This document shows, one piece after another, positions 1-9,248 of a stretch of DNA of 64,000 bases (position 1 is the first letter of the stretch; every line of letters begins with the position of its first letter). Below the pieces are notes generated by a model, which was not told where the DNA came from, did not search any database, and was given only the letters and a program-made list of their open reading frames with translations. Source of the DNA: a virus. A program made the position numbers and the translations under genes. The DNA is taken from positions 1-64,000 of the IMG/VR virus record IMGVR_UViG_3300011335_000809, one strand, 5' to 3'.

Positions 1-58
1 CTGCTTCTTTAACCTGTGGTTTGGTTAAATCTTCAATAATTTGAGTCAAACGTATCAT
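1..58 (-). CDS. 5' end of a gene running off the window (MIRLTQIIEDLTKPQVKEA...), putative head-packaged protein
   Basis: ATG at 58-56, 4 nt after a TATTTATA motif; N-terminus resembles the M-x-x-L-x-x-L/I-x-E family seen elsewhere in the window. Confidence 0.6.
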   Translation of the reverse strand, partial: MIRLTQIIEDLTKPQVKEA

Positions 59-83
59 AATATATAAATATACCAGACAAATA

Positions 84-112
84 AAAAACCCCGCTTATTT
101 CTAAGCGGGGTT
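84..112 (-). terminator. Intrinsic terminator after tail sheath
   Basis: AACCCCGCTTA-tttc-TAAGCGGGGTT hairpin with U-tract on minus strand; near-identical copy at 54915-54941. Confidence 0.8.
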
Positions 113-133
113 CGTTATTACATTTAACTCAAA

Positions 134-3100
134 TTAGGAAGAAAATTGAGCGCCCGTTGGTAGAATGTTGAAATCGAGGATAATGAATTCAGCGGTTCTA
201 GTTGGTTGGATGTAGATTTGTCCGTAAAGAATATTACGATCAATCAAGTCAGGAGTATTATTTTCAGCGTCCATCTTGACTTGGAATGCGTAGATACCGT
301 TACGTTGTTGTACTGATTCCAAGTATGGAGTTACAATACTCAAGAAACGATTTCTTGTAGAAGCAACGTTTTGTTCGAATACCAAGTAGTTGCTTGAACT
401 TGCGATAAACTTCTTCAAGTTGATCAACAAACGACGTACATTGATACGATCCAAAGCGCTTGGGGCGATTTGTAGAGTCTTTTGACCCCATACACAGATA
501 CCTTGACCGGGGAATGCTGCGATTGGATTCACACGACCTTCGTACAAGGTATCACGTTCACCGTGGGTTACACGATCAAGTACTTGTACAGCGGTTGCGA
601 TACCACCACGGTTTAGACCTGCTGGAGCGTACCATTCAGCAGCGGAGTTATCGTTAGCAGCGTAAACTGCTGGTAATACCACTGAAGGAGGAACACTAAT
701 AATCTTGTTGGTATTAGTATCTAGGATTTTAACCCAAGGATAATAAGTACCTACATAGTTACTATCAATTGTAGCAACACTGTTAATTGCTGCGTCAATC
801 AATCCTACTGTTTGATTACTTGCTGGAAACACTACGTTATCCATAATGTAGAAACAATCTTGACGAGTTTCACACATATTGATAACCAATTCAGTTACAT
901 AACTGTGTTGTTCACGGAATATACCTGGAGTTACAATCAAGTTGATATCAAATTCATCTGGATTACCGATTGCAGCAATAGATTGCTTATAAGCGATACT
1001 ACCAGGACTATTGATATTTGTACAATCTAAACCTTGTGTATTACCAGCTGTAATATTACCACCCACATTGATTGGAATTGCTGGCCATTGACCTTCAAAT
1101 CCGCCTTGGAATCCAAGTACGAACTTACGTAGTCTGACATATGTAGATTCATTTACAGCGTCGTAAATACTTGGAATACTACCACTCAATGTTGGAGATA
1201 GTAATGATCCTGTACTCACGTATGTACCCTGAGCATAGAATTTACTATTTGTTGTACCCCATACCTTATCTTCTAAATCGAAGTCGATATTTGCACCATT
1301 ACTATCAGTTGATCCATAGTATGGCAATGGCTTGAAGTATTGCTTAGTGTTATTTTCTACACCTACACCAAATGAAGATGTTGGATATAGAGCTTGAATT
1401 TCAGTGTCAGTGCCTGGTACACTACCAAATACTGTACCTGATGGATACTTACCAGGCCCTAGACCGTAGATACTTGCCTTACTGTATTGTATAGCAGGTA
1501 CATAACTACTTGCAGTACTATCAATAGGTGTACTATATGATTCAAATCCGTATGGTACGCAACTTACTGGGTAAGAAACGTCACTGGCTTCGATTCTGAT
1601 ATACTTACTTAATGTGGTAAAATCACCGAATTGAATTATTTTACCAGCATAAGTGATATATGCATATCTGTTACCAATTCTACGAGCAACATAGTTTGCG
1701 GATTCTGGATCCAAATTCAAGTTTTGATAGATTTCCAAATACTTTGGCTTCTTATCAGTATCACTATAAGCACGTACTGCTAGTGTGAAACTACCCCATT
1801 CACTGCCTGGGACAGTACCAGACAACTTAACGTTGCTGATTTCAATCTTGAACTTAGTGTTACTTAGTGTGCCATCACTCAAAGTATGAACTTTGAATAA
1901 TTTGAACTTAGTTGGTGAAGCGGCTACATCAGCACTACCTTTGAATGGAGCAATCTTTTGACTGTAGATCCAAGGGGTAGAAGCATTGGTGATACTAAAT
2001 TGACTATCACCGCTATTTAAATCAGTACTATATTGATCGACAAACTTTAGAGGTTCGCCAACAATTGAACTTCCTGATAGATTGGTTGTACCTACTTGTA
2101 GTTTCCATCCATAGGCACTTGTCTTTTCAGCTACGAACTTCTTGATGCTATCTTCGAATAGAACGTAGTTGTAAGCTGCTTCAACTTTTTGACCAGCAAC
2201 TTGTTTATTAGGATTGCCAACTGTTGGATCCACACCAAATACGTCTTTGATGTAGTTATTATCATTTTCATTCAAGCTGAAATCATAGTAACCATATGTA
2301 CCAGCACGTGTAACACCAGCGGCATTTGTATAACTATACTTCAATGCCAAGTTGTAAACATTGGAATTAGGATCAATCACATTCTTATATGGGAATGTAC
2401 TACTTGTCAATTGACTCAATGTTGAGGTATTGAAACCAAATACCTGATAATCACTGGTGAATTCTGATGAAGCATTTTGAGTATTTGCTAATACTGACAA
2501 GATCATTTTTTGACGACCTGTTAGTATTGGATTACATTGATCTGGACTTGCATTATCTTGACTTGTAAATGCGCCGCTATACTTACCGAAGTCACCACTT
2601 ACTACGCCTCTTACTTGTAGACCGGCTACACAAGTTCCAACACCACGTAGTGAATGGAAACTACCACTTTGGAGTGCTAGTGTTGTGCCAGCTTCTACAT
2701 TGAAGTTTGTTAGATTGTAAACGATACTACTACTGAAGTAAGATGAACTTACTAGGCCAACCGTTGTTGTACTTTCATCGAATGCAGTAGCAATTGCTGT
2801 TTCAGCATCTATATTTGCACCTTGTAAACTTGAAGTTAACAAGAAGAATTTAGTACCAACTGGCTTTGCATTACCATTTGCGAGCGTAGATGTGCTGAAT
2901 TTGCGTACCAATAGTCCAGATGAAACTGTACCGATATCAACTGTTTTATTAGCATACAAGATACTACCACTCAACTTACCTACACCATCAACGTCATCTT
3001 CGGTTACGCCACTTGTTAAAGCAGCTGATCCGAATTTTACATTTAATGATCCACTTATGATCATTGTTGAAATGTCAATTCGTTGTGTCAACTGAATAGA

Positions 3101-4048
3101 AGAACTTAATCCCGTTCCACTTAAACTTGCGGTTGCAAAGGATATATTTTGATTTGCGGCTTTAGCAAAAACTAGTCCGAATGTATCTGGAGCATTAAAA
3201 GAAGATGTCAAATAACTATTGGAAGTGCTGGTATCAAATGTTAATTTTAGCTTAGCCGATGATGCGCCGCCAACTGTAACACTACCGTTTATATTTGATT
3301 TTTCAAAATCAAATGCGGCCAATGCGTGGTTGATAGAACTGCCTGGCTTTGCTACTTTACCACCTCTAGCTACTACTGAACTGCTAAACAATTCATAATG
3401 TCTTGTGGAAACAACTTTAAATACTTTACCCAAACTGGATGAAGTTGACAAAGAAGCTGAAAGTGCGCTTGAACCTGCCAAACTACCTAAACTTGCTAAG
3501 AAAGAAGCAATTTCAGCAGTTGTTGATCTTGTAAATGTAGCAGATCCTGTTATACCACTGCCAACTGAACCTTTAATTGCAGCTGAACCAGTAATACTAA
3601 TAGGAGTACTAGTTTGTTGATATATTACATTTGATGTATAATCTGTAGTATCAATATACATAAATGAAGATGTGGTGATAGCACCTTTATCAGCATTTCT
3701 GTCCCAGATACCTGGTTGAGCATATACAATCAACGGATTTTTTTGCCAATACCCAGTAAGACCACCTACACGAACAACGGTAACTATACCTTGTTGTAGT
3801 AGATATTCTTTGGCTGTGTATGGTCCATAATATACACCATCGGCGACACCGAATCTTGTTTCCAAGTCGGATACGTCGGTTATTGTATTTGGAAAAAACG
3901 CTGGACCATCAGCGAATGGAGCTATAATTGCTCCTCCAATGTTTGATACTCCTTGAGCCAGACCGGAGAGGTCATTTTCACGTGTGAATACACCTGGGCT
4001 TACTATATTTTGTGTTGGGGCGAATCTACCGCCTTCAGTTATTGCCAT
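134..4048 (-). CDS. Contractile tail sheath protein (T4 gp18-like) with large insertion
   Basis: N-term SPGVFTRENDLS; C-term WYAPAGLNRG, LYEGRVNPI, VWGQKTL, RINVRRL, IYIQPTRTAEFIILDF sheath motifs. Confidence 0.95.
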   Translation of the reverse strand: MAITEGGRFAPTQNIVSPGVFTRENDLSGLAQGVSNIGGAIIAPFADGPAFFPNTITDVSDLETRFGVADGVYYGPYTAKEYLLQQGIVTVVRVGGLTGYWQKNPLIVYAQPGIWDRNADKGAITTSSFMYIDTTDYTSNVIYQQTSTPISITGSAAIKGSVGSGITGSATFTRSTTAEIASFLASLGSLAGSSALSASLSTSSSLGKVFKVVSTRHYELFSSSVVARGGKVAKPGSSINHALAAFDFEKSNINGSVTVGGASSAKLKLTFDTSTSNSYLTSSFNAPDTFGLVFAKAANQNISFATASLSGTGLSSSIQLTQRIDISTMIISGSLNVKFGSAALTSGVTEDDVDGVGKLSGSILYANKTVDIGTVSSGLLVRKFSTSTLANGNAKPVGTKFFLLTSSLQGANIDAETAIATAFDESTTTVGLVSSSYFSSSIVYNLTNFNVEAGTTLALQSGSFHSLRGVGTCVAGLQVRGVVSGDFGKYSGAFTSQDNASPDQCNPILTGRQKMILSVLANTQNASSEFTSDYQVFGFNTSTLSQLTSSTFPYKNVIDPNSNVYNLALKYSYTNAAGVTRAGTYGYYDFSLNENDNNYIKDVFGVDPTVGNPNKQVAGQKVEAAYNYVLFEDSIKKFVAEKTSAYGWKLQVGTTNLSGSSIVGEPLKFVDQYSTDLNSGDSQFSITNASTPWIYSQKIAPFKGSADVAASPTKFKLFKVHTLSDGTLSNTKFKIEISNVKLSGTVPGSEWGSFTLAVRAYSDTDKKPKYLEIYQNLNLDPESANYVARRIGNRYAYITYAGKIIQFGDFTTLSKYIRIEASDVSYPVSCVPYGFESYSTPIDSTASSYVPAIQYSKASIYGLGPGKYPSGTVFGSVPGTDTEIQALYPTSSFGVGVENNTKQYFKPLPYYGSTDSNGANIDFDLEDKVWGTTNSKFYAQGTYVSTGSLLSPTLSGSIPSIYDAVNESTYVRLRKFVLGFQGGFEGQWPAIPINVGGNITAGNTQGLDCTNINSPGSIAYKQSIAAIGNPDEFDINLIVTPGIFREQHSYVTELVINMCETRQDCFYIMDNVVFPASNQTVGLIDAAINSVATIDSNYVGTYYPWVKILDTNTNKIISVPPSVVLPAVYAANDNSAAEWYAPAGLNRGGIATAVQVLDRVTHGERDTLYEGRVNPIAAFPGQGICVWGQKTLQIAPSALDRINVRRLLINLKKFIASSSNYLVFEQNVASTRNRFLSIVTPYLESVQQRNGIYAFQVKMDAENNTPDLIDRNILYGQIYIQPTRTAEFIILDFNILPTGAQFSS

Positions 4049-4127
4049 AATATTAATATCCTTTCAAAGTTATATTTAATTTATAAATATAACTGAAAAA
4101 TCGAAGAACTAACTATTTATTATATCT

Positions 4128-6272
4128 TTAAATTTTTTGTTCTATTAATAACTGGTCAATAACATCAATAACCATATTCGGAGTTATTTCTTTGGTACAT
4201 TCAAATTCCTCTTTTTTATCTGATTTTGGACACCATTTCCAATTTCCCTTATCAAATAAAGAATCATTCCAACATCCCGTACATACCGAGTGATTTTGCA
4301 CTCTGTATGGAGTTTCAAATTCAGCATATGGATAAGAAAACCCACTAATAAGTACAACTGGTTTTTTAACCGCCCAAGCTAACCAAGATAAACCAGATGG
4401 TAAACCAATGAAAAATTCGCTGTGGTATATCTGATTCATACGATCCACAAGCGGTTTATCTCCTGTATAATCCAACGCATTGGATGGCATATTGTTGATA
4501 CAATCTCGTCCATTACCAAATACTTTATGTTTATCGATACAAATTACTTCAAAATTTTTGGATTTAAGATATTCGATTACTTTTTCCCATCCGCCTTTAT
4601 TATTCCAATATTTGGCCTGACAAGTACTTTGTGTCGCGATGGTAACATATCTTTTCTTCAGTGGGCGATCTTTGATTTGAAAATCAATCAAAGGTACTTC
4701 TGGTTCATATCGTAATCCCAGATAATCACTTGCTATTTTTTGAAGTGGTTGTTTTCTAGGATCAGATTTACATCTATCATTGTTTGCACCATTTTCATCA
4801 ACATAATATCCCAATTTGTAAGTAGCAAATATATCCGATACAAATTTGTTATTGCCAACAAATTTAATCTCAGGATACTTGTTCTCAAAAATATTTTTTA
4901 AAGGTAATTTTACGTAAAGATCACATTCGTGTTTTTTTCTGAATTGTTCTATGATAGGCATCCAAGCTAATTGATCACCTAAAGAAAAACTTTCATATTC
5001 AATCAATACCTTTTTATTCTTTAAATTAAATTTATAAGTTTCTACCAATTCATTTGTCTTATTATCTTTAATATGAATTTCATAAGGAATGTAATATGTA
5101 AAATTACAACTTCCCCACCAATTGTGTTTTAAATCAGTTTCATACTTAATTGTGTCGTCGTCACTATTATAGAATGTTACGTGAAAACTTTGATCTGTAT
5201 CCAACGGGTTGTCTACTTCTATCTTAGCAGCGTCATTGAATGTATATTTAAATATAGCTTTTGTTTTAATACTTTGTTCATTCTTTTTTATATTTTCATA
5301 AACATTAATATGACGGATAGCAAATAATCTTTCGGTATAGTGATCGTATAAATCAATTAATTGATATACCCGATTGAAGTAAGAATTTTCGTTTGCGGAT
5401 TGAAGTGCTTTATTTTTATATGTGTCATAGTCACTGACTATATTTTGTATAGCAGATTTTATTTGTTCTACATTACGTTCGACAACAATCATACCATCAT
5501 ATGATTTTTCTTCAAATGTACCTACTATAGGTAAACCACAACTCATTGCTTCTAACAAAGTTAAATTGGGATGACCAGCTTCCAATTCAGATGGATGTAA
5601 AAATATAGAGTGGTCATTGTATAAATCGATTAATTGTTCTTCGTTTAAATCAAATAATTTAGTAAGTTTATCATACTGATTTAATTCAGTATCCAAAGTA
5701 TCAAAGAATTTTTTATTATTCGATGGACCAGCGATTGTGATTGGATATCCTAATTCTTTAGCCGATTTGATTGCATATGTAAATCCTTTTCTATCATAAG
5801 ATTTATCATTGGCATATCCATTATTTGCAACACATAACAATTTATTTACTGGATTCTTATTATTTCTACATTTGAATACGGTTGTATTAACCGCGTGCGA
5901 AAAGTAACGTAGTTTCTTACTACCAAAGTAATCAACTAAATATTTGGCTGGACAAGTTGATATTACACTGTTCTCGATTGCTTCTAGATTCTCTTTATAG
6001 ACAACGGAGTTTTTACCATACAAGTAAGCGTGATGATCGTGTAAACTGAATATATATGGTATACCACGTTTATGACACTCGTTAGCAAGATTTGCTACGT
6101 GAACGTGTACAATTACATCATCTGCATATTGAATTTCATTGAGATATTTTATCTGACAGTCCAATCCCTTATTATTTAATAATTGATGATAATCCCAAAT
6201 AATTTTTTCAATTGCTCCCCATCCATTGGGTGGAATAGGCAATAACCCCAGATTAACTTGTATAATTTTCAT
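4128..6272 (-). CDS. GT4-type glycosyltransferase fused to autotransporter strand-loop-strand O-heptosyltransferase-like (Aah/TibC) domain
   Basis: N-term PPNGWGAIEK and LLEAMSCGLP; C-term SLGDQLAW, TQSTCQAKYWNN, FIGLPSGLSWLAW, ISGFS, CTGCW...WCP...ECTK. Confidence 0.85.
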   Translation of the reverse strand: MKIIQVNLGLLPIPPNGWGAIEKIIWDYHQLLNNKGLDCQIKYLNEIQYADDVIVHVHVANLANECHKRGIPYIFSLHDHHAYLYGKNSVVYKENLEAIENSVISTCPAKYLVDYFGSKKLRYFSHAVNTTVFKCRNNKNPVNKLLCVANNGYANDKSYDRKGFTYAIKSAKELGYPITIAGPSNNKKFFDTLDTELNQYDKLTKLFDLNEEQLIDLYNDHSIFLHPSELEAGHPNLTLLEAMSCGLPIVGTFEEKSYDGMIVVERNVEQIKSAIQNIVSDYDTYKNKALQSANENSYFNRVYQLIDLYDHYTERLFAIRHINVYENIKKNEQSIKTKAIFKYTFNDAAKIEVDNPLDTDQSFHVTFYNSDDDTIKYETDLKHNWWGSCNFTYYIPYEIHIKDNKTNELVETYKFNLKNKKVLIEYESFSLGDQLAWMPIIEQFRKKHECDLYVKLPLKNIFENKYPEIKFVGNNKFVSDIFATYKLGYYVDENGANNDRCKSDPRKQPLQKIASDYLGLRYEPEVPLIDFQIKDRPLKKRYVTIATQSTCQAKYWNNKGGWEKVIEYLKSKNFEVICIDKHKVFGNGRDCINNMPSNALDYTGDKPLVDRMNQIYHSEFFIGLPSGLSWLAWAVKKPVVLISGFSYPYAEFETPYRVQNHSVCTGCWNDSLFDKGNWKWCPKSDKKEEFECTKEITPNMVIDVIDQLLIEQKI

Positions 6273-8281
6273 TGTGTAACTTCGATAGAACCGTTAATAT
6301 CTATGTCTTCTAATCGTCTAAACGACTTTTTATAACTCTTCAATAAAATTTTATTTTGATCGTACAAATTGTTTTCAATTTCGTAGAAGTTATCATTTTC
6401 AAAATCATTTGTCAAATAAAAGCAAACTTTATCTACTACATCGTAAGAGTATTTGTTAATAACTTCCCCATTCTTTTTAATTATGATTTCATTTATTCTA
6501 CCATCTATCTTATTATTGATATAAGTTAAAACTCCAAACTTATTTACATTCTTCATTCTCAATACCGATAGATATTCCACCATTGAAAATAAATTATTCT
6601 TACTATTACTCAAATATGTTTCTTCATTATTTGCATAATCTATATGTAAAACGTTTTTATGAGAGATTAGTTTATTATAATAAAATTGTTCCAACCCGTT
6701 TGAAATATTCTTTGTGGTAACAAAATTCATATACGTTTCGGGTGTATAATATTCAAAATTTTCCAAAAAGAACTGAGTATTAATACCGTGAAATACAGTT
6801 TTAAATGTATCTCCCTCAAGTGCTTTATCATAAAAGAAAAATGCTTTCTTATTTGAGAGTATTTCATCAACGTCATATAACTTTGAAAAATCCGAATCTG
6901 AAATAACCATATCATAATTAAAGCAAATTGCATTTTTATATCCGATTTTATTTGCTAAAGATATACCATTATAATAATTTACTAATACAGCTAGTCCGTG
7001 ATAATTGTCACAGTCAGATGGTGGAAAATACAAACTAATTTTGGTATTGTTAGAATCATATGTCCATCTATTATAAAAGTTGTGTTTTAAAATAGGATTA
7101 TTTGAGTCATAAACATAGTGATCAGCTGATTGTTGTAAACTTACACTAGCCGGATAGTGTGATGACAATAAAACTTTATAACCAGCTTTTTTAGCTTGAT
7201 TAATTGATTCCAATGTTGTATCTTCTATAGCTTTGAAGTTTGGATGTGTAGATATAACAACCACTGTATCTTTACTTGCAGTTTTATTTGAAACTACATT
7301 GACAACCTCCAAATCAGAGATCATTCCCAATTTATTTTTTATAAGTTTAACATTGCGGTTGAAATTGGTTTCATCTAAATACTTTATATTTTCAAACACA
7401 TTATATCGGTTGAGATAAACGGGTAAATTATATAATAGAGATGGTATATTATAAGAAATTGCTTCTTTAATTACAATTGGAGCTGTTTCTTTATCGGTAG
7501 CGTGTCCTCTACTGGTGAATAGAAACAAATCCATACAACTATAGAAGTTCTCTACATCTTTTCGTTCACCCCAGACTTTAACGTTCGTTGGCAAATTTTC
7601 CAATATAGGTTGCCAATATGTTTTAAAATTATCGGCCATATTACCCAAACAATGAAATTGAACGTTTTCTTTTTCCATTGATCGAGCATATTCTATAAAT
7701 TCTTTTTGATTTTTCCGTGGCGTAAATAATCCAACATGCAATACATGTTTTTTAGTTTCATCCAATCCCAAAAAGTTTAGTCCCTCCGTTCTATTTTTTC
7801 TACGTTTAACTGCGATTGGATACTCAATGACTGCCGTGTTTACATTTAACGATTCGAGGTTTTGTTTTTGATAATTACTTACAAAGGCAAACTGATCTGG
7901 AAAAACTCTTTTTCTCTTAGGATCAAAACTGCTATCGTGTGATGTTTCAACGATAAAATATTCTCTGTCTTTATTATAGAGTTTAGTTGTCAAATTAACG
8001 TCCATAAAATACTCTGGCATTTCCTCAAGATGAATAATATCAGGCTTTATATCATCAATCAGTTTAAATAATTCAAACTTATTTGATGAAAGTGTATAAA
8101 ATCTTCGTCCGCAGATTTTTTGAAGTTGTTTTCGTTGTACTACTAAAACTCCTCCTGTAATATCATCGTATTCAACGCAATATATTTCATAATCATTTAT
8201 CAATGATTGTATCTTTTTTAACAAAAATTGAGGTAGTCCGCCCGTGGACAGATGTGGCGCTATAAACAATATTTTTTTCAT
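6269..8281 (-). CDS. GT4-family glycosyltransferase with additional C-terminal domain
   Basis: HLSTGGLPQ, VGLFTPRKNQ, DLFLFTS...PIVIKEA motifs. Confidence 0.85.
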   Translation of the reverse strand: MKKILFIAPHLSTGGLPQFLLKKIQSLINDYEIYCVEYDDITGGVLVVQRKQLQKICGRRFYTLSSNKFELFKLIDDIKPDIIHLEEMPEYFMDVNLTTKLYNKDREYFIVETSHDSSFDPKRKRVFPDQFAFVSNYQKQNLESLNVNTAVIEYPIAVKRRKNRTEGLNFLGLDETKKHVLHVGLFTPRKNQKEFIEYARSMEKENVQFHCLGNMADNFKTYWQPILENLPTNVKVWGERKDVENFYSCMDLFLFTSRGHATDKETAPIVIKEAISYNIPSLLYNLPVYLNRYNVFENIKYLDETNFNRNVKLIKNKLGMISDLEVVNVVSNKTASKDTVVVISTHPNFKAIEDTTLESINQAKKAGYKVLLSSHYPASVSLQQSADHYVYDSNNPILKHNFYNRWTYDSNNTKISLYFPPSDCDNYHGLAVLVNYYNGISLANKIGYKNAICFNYDMVISDSDFSKLYDVDEILSNKKAFFFYDKALEGDTFKTVFHGINTQFFLENFEYYTPETYMNFVTTKNISNGLEQFYYNKLISHKNVLHIDYANNEETYLSNSKNNLFSMVEYLSVLRMKNVNKFGVLTYINNKIDGRINEIIIKKNGEVINKYSYDVVDKVCFYLTNDFENDNFYEIENNLYDQNKILLKSYKKSFRRLEDIDINGSIEVTQ

Positions 8282-8284
8282 AAT

Positions 8285-9247
8285 TTACTTGTTGAGGTAG
8301 ATAGTATTCATATGCGATAGATTATGATCCAAAGCATTTTCGTTGTGATTCACGTTATACCCTAAATTTTTAAATCTATTAATTATCTTTGAAACATTTG
8401 TACCATCATTGTTGTGAAACTCGAAAAATATACTGTGAACATTTTTAAAAAAATCGTCACTTGTATTTTCAAAAAACATATATTCAGACCCCTCAATGTC
8501 AATTTTTAAATACGTTGGTAATTCCAAGTTATTTTTTTCTACAAATTTTTCTAAATTAATAGCATCCACTTCGAATGTACCGGTATCACTAATACACGAC
8601 CCTACAGTTGATTCTGTAGTGCCAAAATTTACTTTTTTAAATTCTCCATTAATTGCATTATTAAATGTCGTTGCATTTTTTCCATACTTATCTAAGTTAT
8701 ATCTCAGATGTCCAAAAATTTCTGGATGAGGTTCAAATGCATATATTTTTTTAACATTATAATTAGAGCATGCGATTGAGAACGCTCCTATGTTAGCTCC
8801 TAAATCGTAGACAACATCATCGTCTTTTATTTTAAAATTGTCTAAGAAATAATTATCATTAAAAAAGGTATGGTATGACGGATATGTGACATCCCAATCT
8901 TTAGATTGCAAATCTAAACATCTGAACTTTTTAGTACCGTGATAGTTTTTGCTAAACAAAAGATCATTATTATTTACGTCCCTAATTTCTATGGAGAAAC
9001 CAGGATGAGTTTTATTAAAAACTTCTTTTATAAAAGATAAATGATTATTATATGTCCACAAATCATACCCAACTGTACAATTATGATACATCACATTTGA
9101 TATTAGATTTGAATCTAAACTTCTTATTGTTATCAAGAATTCACAATTAGTATTGATATTATTTATGGTTTGAAATAATCCATCTTCTGAAATTTTAATA
9201 GTTATGTTTCCGAATTTTTCTAGATAAATTGTATCTGATAAAGACAT
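8285..9247 (-). CDS. FkbM-family SAM-dependent methyltransferase
   Basis: VYDLGANIGAFS, YAFEPHP, LKIDIEGSE, FFEFH; start moved to the Met at 9247 that abuts the upstream stop. Confidence 0.85.
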   Translation of the reverse strand: MSLSDTIYLEKFGNITIKISEDGLFQTINNINTNCEFLITIRSLDSNLISNVMYHNCTVGYDLWTYNNHLSFIKEVFNKTHPGFSIEIRDVNNNDLLFSKNYHGTKKFRCLDLQSKDWDVTYPSYHTFFNDNYFLDNFKIKDDDVVYDLGANIGAFSIACSNYNVKKIYAFEPHPEIFGHLRYNLDKYGKNATTFNNAINGEFKKVNFGTTESTVGSCISDTGTFEVDAINLEKFVEKNNLELPTYLKIDIEGSEYMFFENTSDDFFKNVHSIFFEFHNNDGTNVSKIINRFKNLGYNVNHNENALDHNLSHMNTIYLNK

Positions 9248-9248
9248 A

